NCBI GenBank assembly: GCA_965661285.1
Contig: CBFIDD010000001.1
Span: 500,852-564,851 of the forward strand
Source of the DNA: Poseidonia sp.
Lineage (GTDB): Archaea; Thermoplasmatota; Poseidoniia; Poseidoniales; Poseidoniaceae
Length of the DNA stretch: 64,000 nucleotides
Direction: 5' to 3'
The position numbers and the translations under genes were made by a program. The notes below the pieces were generated by a model. That model was not told the origin of the DNA and made no database searches. It saw only the letters and a program-made list of their open reading frames with translations. How positions within the stretch are numbered: the stretch's first letter is position 1; each line of letters starts with the position of its first letter. This document shows positions 17,501-25,478 of the stretch, in pieces.

Positions 17501-19595
17501 TTTCAAACGACGTGATGGACAACTTACCGGCGGATTCCGACGTCAATTCAATCGGAATGTCCACCGTTCCACTACCGGTGTCGGGAATGGCGTCGTTGAG
17601 CGCATCAGCCAGGGCGCCGGTCGTAACGCTGACCGGGCCGATCAGGGCTCCAGCCGAAGAGGAACGCTTCCACGCCGAAACACCATCGATGGACAAACCG
17701 GGTTGGTTGGGCGCATTGGAGTGAAGGGCAATCGAAAGGTCAGAAATGCTGGGCGTGGCCCCGGTTGAGGAGGTTGAAAGCATGATTCGCATGCAGAAGT
17801 AGGACGACGAACCGGTCATGGATTTCGTCGTGTTGGGCGAGGTGTAACTTTGGACGCCGGAGTTGCCTGTGTTGCAACTTGATGAGCTGGCTTTGTAGCC
17901 GACGTTCACGGTGATGGACGTGCCGGCTGGCCGGGTTTCGTTCCAATCGACGGTGGCAGCGATGACGTTGCTTGACCCCGAGCCGGTGTACTGGTAGGCG
18001 TAGTAATAGCCGCTGGTCTGATAGTTGGTGGTGTAGGTCAACACCACATCGCCGAGCACGGGCGTTTTGGAAGCGCTGCCGTTGAGGGTGGCGCGCCATT
18101 TGATGGAGGTGCCGGCGTTGGCGAAGTTGACCTTTTGGCCAACGCTTCCCGATTTCCAAGTCACGCCACCGTCGTTTGAAACATCGACACGGATGCTGGT
18201 GCCGGTTGGCGTGGAACCGAAGATGCCTTCGACATTGATGCTGTTAACGGCCCGTGAAATCGACGTTGTTTGGCCCACGATGAGTTGCGAGGTTTGCGAG
18301 GTGGAGCGCACGTCGAAGTGGGCGCCATCGCCGTAGGTGTGGATCTTGCGAAGACCTTGGCTGCAGTAGTTGGTGCCCGACCAGTGGCAGGAGAACATGA
18401 CCTTGTGGTCATCGGTGTCAACCATGCCGTAATGTCCCCCACCGGGCATCGTCCGCTCACCCTGACTGGAGAGCAGGCCGCTGGCCATGGTGTAGTGATA
18501 GTGGACGCTCTTGTAGTCGGTTTGCATGTAGTAGATGTTGTACATCACGTTGGGCATGCTGACGGACAAACCGGCGCCGTGGTCGTAGTAATACGACGTT
18601 GAGGTCATGAGCCAAGTTCCGGTGACGACCGTTGGCGAGGCCGGGTTGACCTCCTTGAGGTAGTGATTCTGTGCCGAGGTGTCATAAACGCCGATGTACA
18701 TCTTGCCGGTGTTGTCATCAAAATCAACGCCCGTGATGTAGTTGGGGTAGTTGTAGTTGTACGTGTTTTTGCAACTCCACTGGACTTGCGTCCCCGCCGT
18801 GTTCCATCCAACTTCCCACTTGTGGACCTTGTAGTACGAGTAGTGAGCGGTGTAGACATCACCGTTGTACACGTCGGCATCGTGGATGCTCCGTGTCGCT
18901 GATGAGCCGCATGTTCCGGTGGTGTAGGACGCCGTACCGAGGTACTGGCCGGTGCTGGCATCGATGCGCATGATGCTCGTGGGTGCGTTGGAGATGTACT
19001 GGCTTGAATATCGGATGACGTGAACTTCTGAGCTGTTGATGGGAACGGCCACACCGGTGTAGCCCCAAGGGGTGTTACTGGCGGCGGTCAAATCGGTGAA
19101 TTTCTTGGTCGGGCTGGTGTAGCCTTGGTCGCTCAATGCCACGAATTCGCCCGTGGTGTTGAGGTGAGCGTTTCCGAGGGTGGCCACGGCACCGGTCGAC
19201 GAAAAGCGGGGCGTGTACTCGGTAGGATTGCCTTTGAGCGAGACCGTTTGGCTGTCAACTTCGAAATTGTCCCGGCGGGCATACGTGAACGGGGAGGGGG
19301 AGGACGTCGACGTACTGGTGTAGTCGGTGTCGCCCGCACCGCCGTAATGGCTGTCCGTGGTGAAGTTGGTGTACGTGGTGGTGCTGGCTTCACCGAGCAG
19401 GTTGAAGGTCGCAGATTGCACGTCTGCACCGATGGGGAGCGTGACGACGCCAGCCGGCCCCGTGCCTTTCTGAGAAAAGGTGTGCTGATAGGACGTTGTG
19501 CCGTCCTTGAACTGCGTCTCCGTGGTGGCTGCAGCAGCCAGCGGCGACATGACGGAAAGCACGAAGAGCAGCATGAGGAAGATGGCTTTACGCAT
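14529..19595 (-). CDS. Very large surface protein with C-terminal CARDB domain, TM anchor and acidic tail
   Basis: Signal peptide MRKAIFLMLLFVLSVMSPLAAA; Thr/Ser/Tyr-rich beta domains; Asp-box SNDGGVTW; CARDB (ADIYNAG..VVVDAEDEVPEANDDDN); TM; poly-Asp tail. Confidence 0.88.
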   Translation of the reverse strand: MRKAIFLMLLFVLSVMSPLAAAATTETQFKDGTTSYQHTFSQKGTGPAGVVTLPIGADVQSATFNLLGEASTTTYTNFTTDSHYGGAGDTDYTSTSTSSPSPFTYARRDNFEVDSQTVSLKGNPTEYTPRFSSTGAVATLGNAHLNTTGEFVALSDQGYTSPTKKFTDLTAASNTPWGYTGVAVPINSSEVHVIRYSSQYISNAPTSIMRIDASTGQYLGTASYTTGTCGSSATRSIHDADVYNGDVYTAHYSYYKVHKWEVGWNTAGTQVQWSCKNTYNYNYPNYITGVDFDDNTGKMYIGVYDTSAQNHYLKEVNPASPTVVTGTWLMTSTSYYYDHGAGLSVSMPNVMYNIYYMQTDYKSVHYHYTMASGLLSSQGERTMPGGGHYGMVDTDDHKVMFSCHWSGTNYCSQGLRKIHTYGDGAHFDVRSTSQTSQLIVGQTTSISRAVNSINVEGIFGSTPTGTSIRVDVSNDGGVTWKSGSVGQKVNFANAGTSIKWRATLNGSASKTPVLGDVVLTYTTNYQTSGYYYAYQYTGSGSSNVIAATVDWNETRPAGTSITVNVGYKASSSSCNTGNSGVQSYTSPNTTKSMTGSSSYFCMRIMLSTSSTGATPSISDLSIALHSNAPNQPGLSIDGVSAWKRSSSAGALIGPVSVTTGALADALNDAIPDTGSGTVDIPIELTSESAGKLSITSFEITYVMQTVNLDLTIPEGEVLHERITPYEVVSRHVIGESANSMVSAELTLMTAGSAANWPILSWQYGDVFPDPNDPSQYIEVDPTSYSVESNGILEIHWKFFVTSEMPDQDNVRFRVGCLDDSGTAGFAPEPLTSEEGLRVNRSFGLGWLNVRDNDGELTSMDVEDGSWVAAGEQLHFVGAMWFQDTDDAPKDSAFDVRISRNGYVESTARDTTNNNGSFFVSIDLPNIDVPDGLTYEVQTYNERNPDHVQQPNAEWRRTYLVDATHPERKQVAPVEDAYEAATTEQTVQVLVDDKVGHPMELELNYWVEADHDANRNGEADPEEYVVKTVTNTTEARAKWFITTIDTSRNPNMGRVSYFWDGGDQAGNPLHFTVMNDDDELLSFESSEGFLYDDATFRTRKDSSAIFTGLEWFGHEDNEPVYAGMEQTISLGFIDANTAIDFEFISLVFDFEGPNPARDAQSISYSGTNNTFWSDSPYIHLLPTSTMMQTTNESGLPWIMLDFHFKFSWDWPDEEMGDVALMYKELGSSDASRILLLEHTFRVENDLMLAPADFEVEDISEPRTGPVADGSRVRKDDRLAFTGRVVYEGSQTPAPRDVGILVEVFDGEKLWSDGSLTADGGYAVEVPLSSASTLQSSPSRTCLISITNIPGRGEDMTGTLVSTTLQVVVDDAAPRVTRRIAPLNVIDISANNDLTQIEVEFQGTEDADLTGSKQLVHWVMRDATRTMTIGAGSTLLGMQQDGQNVMWTGVVDITAGGTVIPKAGDFVGFYMTGYDAAGNQFPVVSNSEASPIPELASEDTDFERQWVRLGAVGPELRVKNIAMSDDHIAPGANIDVRADIYNAGGNTSQQFKVAFYSGSSDEPFEVVRVNGIDAGELYSVNVVWESEDVDRIRVVVDAEDEVPEANDDDNSAEHAVTIAYGQYLGWFDSVREQPLAWMFAILSIMTLAIVFTVATKTSIDYGEGAFDEDEADWEDEDDDDDFDDYDEDDD

Positions 19596-19736
19596 GGTGG
19601 TCACCCGACATTTCCCTGTACGGATTCCATCGCATTTGAATGATGCCCTTTCACGGCAACCCACCAAATCTCCAAATTGAACCATGACAGGGGAGCATTC
19701 AAGGCCTCCAACGGCTTGGTGAGGACAGGTGAAGGC

Positions 19737-20129
19737 ATGAGCGAAGAGGGGACCTTCTTTGGACGACTTTGGGCCAAACAACATGGAAAACAATTCGGCA
19801 TCAGTGCCGTTGCGGCTGGGGCCAGTGCCACACTCCTGGTGGCCTGCATGTACCAGATTCTCTTCCTTCAGGACCACGCCGACTGGAACGAATTCACTGG
19901 AGCCGCCATCATCGGTTCCGTCGCCTCCCTCATCGTCTTCCTCATCTCGTTTCCAGAATACCTGCGTTTCAAAGGCTATGTCTCGGAACTTGAGGAATTG
20001 AAGGACATCCAGTCAACGGCCGAACTTCGCCGCAGGAAAGCCGACGGTGACGAAGCCGCTGAAGCCTTGGGAGCGGGGCATCTCGAGCAGTGGAAAGCAT
20101 TCCTTGATAGTCGCGGCGTGAAGCGGTAA
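19737..20129 (+). CDS. Small membrane protein (possibly DUF3198-like)
   Basis: 2 TM plus a helical C-terminus; AGGTGA SD upstream. The family assignment is tentative. Confidence 0.7.
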   Translation: MSEEGTFFGRLWAKQHGKQFGISAVAAGASATLLVACMYQILFLQDHADWNEFTGAAIIGSVASLIVFLISFPEYLRFKGYVSELEELKDIQSTAELRRRKADGDEAAEALGAGHLEQWKAFLDSRGVKR

Positions 20130-20144
20130 GGCTGAGGGCCCCTC

Positions 20145-21128
20145 ATGTCGGACCACGACCCGTTGCGTTCGTTGCTGCTTGAACTGGCACTTGCCGTTGG
20201 CATGATCGCATGCTTGGTGGGCGCCATGTTCATCCACACCGGCTCCATGCCACCCCTGGTTGTCGTCGAGTCAAAGTCCATGATTCACGATGAAGGAGGT
20301 GAACTTGGCAGCATCGATGCCGGCGACCTCATTCTGGTTCACGACCAACCCGGCGATACCATCGTGACGTATGCGGAAGCCACGGACCCAACCCATCCAG
20401 CCTACGGCTACGAACAACACGGCCTCGAAGGCGACGTCATCATCTACGCCAAAAACGGTGAAGCGGGGACGCCCATCATCCACCGGGCCATCATGCGTGT
20501 GGTCGCAGAAGAGACCGTCGCACCCGACCGACAAGCCGCATCGCCGTGCCCGGAAGAGGCGACCTACGATGCTGTACGGATGGCTGAGGACGGTCTTGCG
20601 GGCTCGTGCATCCTCACCTGGTCGGTTCCAGGTACGTCGGTCAAGAACGTGACCAACGTCACCGTTTCCTTTGACGGAAGCGACGCCGCCTACTACGCCT
20701 GCAAACGGCCGGCCCATGCGGGGGTTGAAGCCCATCTTGTGGTGTGGCAGTGGAAGCCTGCTCACGAAGGCATGCTCACGCTGGGCGACAACAACAAGTG
20801 TTCCGTGGACCAAGGTGCGGCGGCCACCAACGGTTCCGCCGGCGTTCACAGCCCGTCTGGAGTCGTCGGCCCTATTCGAGACGACTGGGTCTTGGGTGTT
20901 GCCGGAGGGGAAATCCCGTGGCTCGGAACGGTGAAACTCATGGTTGGCGGACCGGAATCCTACGGAACGAGGGACGTCCCGTCCTCGTCCTTCATTGCCC
21001 TCTTTGCCGTACTTGGAGCCGTGCTTTTGACGCCGCAAGCCTCTGAACAGGTGTTTCGCTGGTGGTTGAACCGCTCGCCCGAACTGACCGAACTGGCCAA
21101 GCGCGAACAGGATCAAGAAGCGTCGTAA
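20145..21128 (+). CDS. Signal peptidase I (S26, archaeal Sec11-type) with inserts
   Basis: VVESKSM (catalytic Ser), IDAGDLI, GDVIIY, PIIHRA (His), TLGDNN, IPWLG. Confidence 0.88.
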   Translation: MSDHDPLRSLLLELALAVGMIACLVGAMFIHTGSMPPLVVVESKSMIHDEGGELGSIDAGDLILVHDQPGDTIVTYAEATDPTHPAYGYEQHGLEGDVIIYAKNGEAGTPIIHRAIMRVVAEETVAPDRQAASPCPEEATYDAVRMAEDGLAGSCILTWSVPGTSVKNVTNVTVSFDGSDAAYYACKRPAHAGVEAHLVVWQWKPAHEGMLTLGDNNKCSVDQGAAATNGSAGVHSPSGVVGPIRDDWVLGVAGGEIPWLGTVKLMVGGPESYGTRDVPSSSFIALFAVLGAVLLTPQASEQVFRWWLNRSPELTELAKREQDQEAS

Positions 21129-21859
21129 CCCGATGCTTTGAGGGCCTCATCCATCGTGAGATGCCCTTCACTTACACGCATCGCCATCTCGAGGGAAATG
21201 GTCAATTGACCCTTTGAGCGCTTGCGGCTGATGCGCTGGAGGTTGCGCAACTCACCCGGTGTCGCCCGAATCTTGCGTTGCTCGTGCACCGCAACCCCCG
21301 ATATCATGGCTATTTTGAGCGCTGCTGAGCCGTGTGCGTGGCGGCGTTGGCCCGTGCTCGTACGGTGTTCGTTGACGATCTCGACATGATAGCCCAGCGA
21401 CAACACGCGATTGACCATTCGGTCTCGATGGACCGGTGAGCCATGACCGATGCGGATGAGCACGTTGGCTGGAGCCGTGTGTTCCACCAGGCTCACCACC
21501 TGCTCAAGGGCTTCGTCAATGGTCTCGAATTCTCGTTTTCCAAGCAGTACACCGTCGGCAAAAAAGGCGCAACCCGGGCGGGGCCCGGGGTCAACGCCAA
21601 CGACCACCTGGTCGGGTGGAGCGGTCAACTGCCGAGACAGAAGCCACGTCGAGACGACCTGGTCAACGTCCTCCAGTTCCATCGCCACGCCACGCCCTCC
21701 GAGGAGACGAACCTCTTCGGGCGTACCAAACCAATAGGCATCCGGCTCGATCGTGTCGTGAATCGACACTTGTTTCGCCGGGAGGTCTCGGCGTTTTAAT
21801 TCACTCAACAACCGGTGAGCCAAACGAAAATCCTCGGTTCGCACGTAAACCGGCTTCAC
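21113..21859 (-). CDS. RNase H-fold (YqgF/RuvX-like) protein
   Basis: VVVGVDPG, IRIG, IVNEHRTS, HGSAALKIA motifs. Confidence 0.65.
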   Translation of the reverse strand: MKPVYVRTEDFRLAHRLLSELKRRDLPAKQVSIHDTIEPDAYWFGTPEEVRLLGGRGVAMELEDVDQVVSTWLLSRQLTAPPDQVVVGVDPGPRPGCAFFADGVLLGKREFETIDEALEQVVSLVEHTAPANVLIRIGHGSPVHRDRMVNRVLSLGYHVEIVNEHRTSTGQRRHAHGSAALKIAMISGVAVHEQRKIRATPGELRNLQRISRKRSKGQLTISLEMAMRVSEGHLTMDEALKASGYDAS

Positions 21860-21983
21860 AGCAAACCCACCCCTGCGCCCTGTTCTAACCTATCGGTTGG
21901 CGAACTGCACCGCCTGTCGAACAGCGAATCTGAGGCGATGGTGTTCCGAAGTAATCAAGAACGATAGACGCGGATGGGCGCCC

Positions 21984-22655
21984 ATGACAGGTGCTTACGA
22001 GCGAGAACTTCGGGATGTTCTCTCCGGCACCGAAAAGGGAGTTACGGCGGTCACGCGCAGTTGCACACCGGAAGAAAAAGCCCGAACGCGCTGCGTTCTC
22101 AACCGCCCTTTTCTCGTCGTCCGAGCAGCCGGTTCGGGCATGGAAGGGAGCGGTGATTTGGTGGCCCTGCGAGGCGACTGTTGCTTCCCCATCGAAGTGA
22201 AATCAACCAAAGCTGAAAAATTGTATTTTTCAGGACGAACCAAAGACCAACTCAACGCCATGATTCGTGAGGGGGAGCGCTCGGGCTTGATGCCGTTGTA
22301 CGCTCACCGCCGCAAAGGTGTTCGGGGCGATTCGTGGCGGCTGTTTCGCGTGGAAACCGAAGGACTCACCGGCACGCTGGCCCGCCTTGCAACCATGATC
22401 CCAGCGTTGCCACTGAACCGAAACGGCTCGCCGTTTATCGATTGGGAACAGGGCATGCCCCTCAACCAATTCATCGGCATGATGTGTTCGCCGCTCGGGG
22501 GAGAGGATGCGCCCCTCAAAACCCTGCAGCAACGGGCCAAAAAACCAAGCAGCCCCACCATGGCAGAACATCAAGACAAAAGTGCCACCGATATTTTGGC
22601 CGAATTGGAACGCCGTCGCTCGGCTTCATTCCCGGTGCTCAAAGGTAAGGAATGA
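21984..22655 (+). CDS. hjc: Archaeal Holliday junction resolvase Hjc
   Basis: AYERELRDVL, VVRAAGSG, DLVAL, IEVKSTK. Confidence 0.88.
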   Translation: MTGAYERELRDVLSGTEKGVTAVTRSCTPEEKARTRCVLNRPFLVVRAAGSGMEGSGDLVALRGDCCFPIEVKSTKAEKLYFSGRTKDQLNAMIREGERSGLMPLYAHRRKGVRGDSWRLFRVETEGLTGTLARLATMIPALPLNRNGSPFIDWEQGMPLNQFIGMMCSPLGGEDAPLKTLQQRAKKPSSPTMAEHQDKSATDILAELERRRSASFPVLKGKE

Positions 22656-24096
22656 ACATCGTGAACAGCAGCATGCCCAACAAAACGAACGACGAATAGC
22701 TCGAGGCTCGTGAAGAAATATGGTCCACCCACATCGGGTGCAAGTCCCAGAGTTTGATCTTTCGACCAAGTCGCTTGACACCGCTCAGGAAGGCATGCAG
22801 CATGTCTCGCAGCATGTGGCCCCCGTCAAAGGGTACCATCGGAACCAGGTTGGTAAATCCAAGAAGAATGTTCACCCAAACCAGCCAGAACATGAGATGA
22901 CAAAGGAACATGAGAACATCGGTCCCCAGAAGGCCGCCGATCACACCGTCTCCTGCCACCATCAACGCTTCCTCGAACGGATGAATAGCAACACCACCGA
23001 GTTCGAACGGAATCAACAAGATGGTCAGCACGTGGAAGGGGAGAGCAAGGGCTCGCTGAGCAAGATCCCCTTCCCAGCGAGGCGAGAAGGGCCCCGCCAG
23101 TCGGTCGACACCGGCCGTGCCTTCCGAGAGCCCCTCAACGCCCAAGAAGGCATCACCGAGTTGAATGTCGAGGTTGGCGAGCACCTCCTCGCTCCATCCT
23201 AAATTCTTGTAGTATTCGTATTTGTCACCAAACGTGGCTTGGAGTGTTTCCCGTGTGCCGTCTTGATGAATCACCACCAAATCGACAGTGTCGTTGCTCG
23301 TGTAAGCTAAAAGGATGTCCCTGAAATCCTCCGTGGTGTGAACCGGCTGCCCGTCAATGGACACCAGCGTGTCCCAAGGTTGCATGCCGGCTTGATCAGC
23401 ACCACCGTCCTTCACGATGCCTTGAATGTGGATGTAATCGTCCTCGGCGACGAGTTGGGAGGCGATGCCGCCCAACAACATCAACATGATGAACGCGGCA
23501 AAGAGGTTGGTGGCAGGACCGGCTGCAAACATCCGTAGACGCTCTCGCCGAGGCGCCCGCATCAATTCGTCAGACTGAGGCTCAGCAAAGGCACCGAGCG
23601 GAAGCGGTCCCAGTTGGAGCAAGCCGAAGGAGCGTATTCGCATGCCGTGACCTCGAGCCAACAACCCGTGTCCAAATTCGTGAATCACCAGGGAGACGAC
23701 GAAGGCAACAACGCCCCAGCCCAGAGGAATGACCGGATTGATGCCCGGCACGGCCACCAGTTCACTCGCGGACGGAGGCGCTGCTGTGGGCGGAGAGAGA
23801 ACCGACAAGACGAAGGCAGCAATGACGAACAACGCCACCATCAACATGGAGACCGAACACACCCAAAGCGAAACCTCGCCGTAGGCACGCCAGAACCGTC
23901 TTGGCTTCGCAATCCAATCCAAAAGACGCTGGCCGCGTTGCGTGCGAACCATCAGCACGATACCGAGGGCACGGGTGGCGTTCCAACGGTCGAGGGTGCC
24001 GTTTCGCTCCCATGTTTTGATGAGCACATACCAGCCAATGAGCAGGGCAAACGCCACGGTCCAATTCGCCTGAACCGAACCCAGTGTCCCCACCAT
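22639..24096 (-). CDS. Site-2 protease (M50) with PDZ domain
   Basis: IHEFGHG, LGAFAEP, AAGPATN, PDZ (GADQAGMQPWDTLVSIDG), NLVPMVPFDGG. Confidence 0.92.
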   Translation of the reverse strand: MVGTLGSVQANWTVAFALLIGWYVLIKTWERNGTLDRWNATRALGIVLMVRTQRGQRLLDWIAKPRRFWRAYGEVSLWVCSVSMLMVALFVIAAFVLSVLSPPTAAPPSASELVAVPGINPVIPLGWGVVAFVVSLVIHEFGHGLLARGHGMRIRSFGLLQLGPLPLGAFAEPQSDELMRAPRRERLRMFAAGPATNLFAAFIMLMLLGGIASQLVAEDDYIHIQGIVKDGGADQAGMQPWDTLVSIDGQPVHTTEDFRDILLAYTSNDTVDLVVIHQDGTRETLQATFGDKYEYYKNLGWSEEVLANLDIQLGDAFLGVEGLSEGTAGVDRLAGPFSPRWEGDLAQRALALPFHVLTILLIPFELGGVAIHPFEEALMVAGDGVIGGLLGTDVLMFLCHLMFWLVWVNILLGFTNLVPMVPFDGGHMLRDMLHAFLSGVKRLGRKIKLWDLHPMWVDHISSRASSYSSFVLLGMLLFTMFIPYL

Positions 24097-24193
24097 GACC
24101 TCCCCACGCCCCGTTCCGTCTTGAACGTTGATACGCGTCCAACGGGTTCAACATGGACAAACCTTGATGATGGGTTGGCATCTGTTTCCCCTC

Positions 24194-24712
24194 ATGCACC
24201 CCCACAACATGGCCATCGAGGTCTGGTGTGAAGAGACTTGGGGGGAGCGTCCCGTACGCATTTCGGACTGGGCGAACCACGGCGATATCGTTCAGGTGTT
24301 CATCCGCCTCTCGTCAAGCGTGCTCATCGCTGATTTCCTCCTGGATAGCGATGGCAGTCTGAACATCCAACAGCATCTCCACATTCCGTTGGAAACATGG
24401 AATCCAGGCTCGATTCAAGGTTTTCGAACAAGCGAAGGAAAAACACGTTTCCAGCATCGCCGACAAAGCATCTACCTCTCGAGCGAACTGCGCGTGGCCG
24501 AATGGGGGGCTGCTCTCCTCGAGGAATGGCTCATGAGCATGCGAAGCGCGGTGAATCGACCAAAAGACCGAACACAACGCCTGAACGAGATCAAGCGATT
24601 GAAACTCTCCATCGAGCGCAACCTCGAGAGCGCATCACTGGCAAAAGTGGCCGATGAGCGAGCATCCCTCGATGTCCATCTCGACCGTATCGATCAGCGC
24701 TTAGCGAACTGA
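24194..24712 (+). CDS. Hypothetical protein with C-terminal coiled coil
   Basis: ORF fills the gap; start MHPHN is preceded by TTGATG at -30..-25. Confidence 0.7.
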   Translation: MHPHNMAIEVWCEETWGERPVRISDWANHGDIVQVFIRLSSSVLIADFLLDSDGSLNIQQHLHIPLETWNPGSIQGFRTSEGKTRFQHRRQSIYLSSELRVAEWGAALLEEWLMSMRSAVNRPKDRTQRLNEIKRLKLSIERNLESASLAKVADERASLDVHLDRIDQRLAN

Positions 24713-25339
24713 ATCTTGCATGGTTGTGTCCACGCCCGGGAACTGGTCTTCCCCTTCCCGATACACGGTTCGCATGTTGTTGATGAAGTTCTTTTCCTTG
24801 ACGACAATCGTATAGTTCTTGATGCCGTAATCCTTCTCGCCGTCCAACATTTCAAGCAGCACCTGCAAGGTCAACCGAGCGCCCTCTCGATGCGGATAGG
24901 AAAACACGCCCATGGAGATGGGGGGAGAGACCACCGACGTGACGTCGCCCATCTCCTCGATGGTTGCAAAGAGGTTAGCGTAGGTTTCTGCGAGGAGTTC
25001 GCGCCGCGATTCATCTTGATTTGGACGGCGACAGTCAGGACCAACAACGTGGATGATATGTTTGTACTGGTCTGCCAGCGAAAAGGGCTCGGTGATGACA
25101 TTGTTCGTCACAGCGCACGGAGGAGCGTTGATTTTACGCTTCTCGAGAACGATGTTGCGCGTGACTTGACTCATCTCTTTGCCGGCTTTTTGATGAATCA
25201 TGGCATCGATGCCTTCTCGTCCGGAGAGGCGGTTGTTTGCGGGCGTGATGAGTACATCACCGCTGTGTGTCCATGGTTCGCCGCCCATGACGCGGAGAAC
25301 ACCGTTTTTGCACGTGCGTGCCATATAAAGTTCCGCCAT
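24701..25339 (-). CDS. Macro domain protein (ADP-ribose binding/hydrolase family)
   Basis: DVLITPANNRLSGREGIDAMIHQKAG, IIHVVGP, PPISMGVFSYP. Confidence 0.88.
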   Translation of the reverse strand: MAELYMARTCKNGVLRVMGGEPWTHSGDVLITPANNRLSGREGIDAMIHQKAGKEMSQVTRNIVLEKRKINAPPCAVTNNVITEPFSLADQYKHIIHVVGPDCRRPNQDESRRELLAETYANLFATIEEMGDVTSVVSPPISMGVFSYPHREGARLTLQVLLEMLDGEKDYGIKNYTIVVKEKNFINNMRTVYREGEDQFPGVDTTMQDSVR

Positions 25340-25478
25340 CGGTTCTGAGAGAAGGCGACCCTACATATTATCTGCCCCGTATTTTGATGAAAAGAGGGGA
25401 TTTTCGCACCGTGACTCGTTGTGCTGCACGCATACCTCAAGGCGATACGGCTAAATCGGCCATGATGGTGCAACGACC

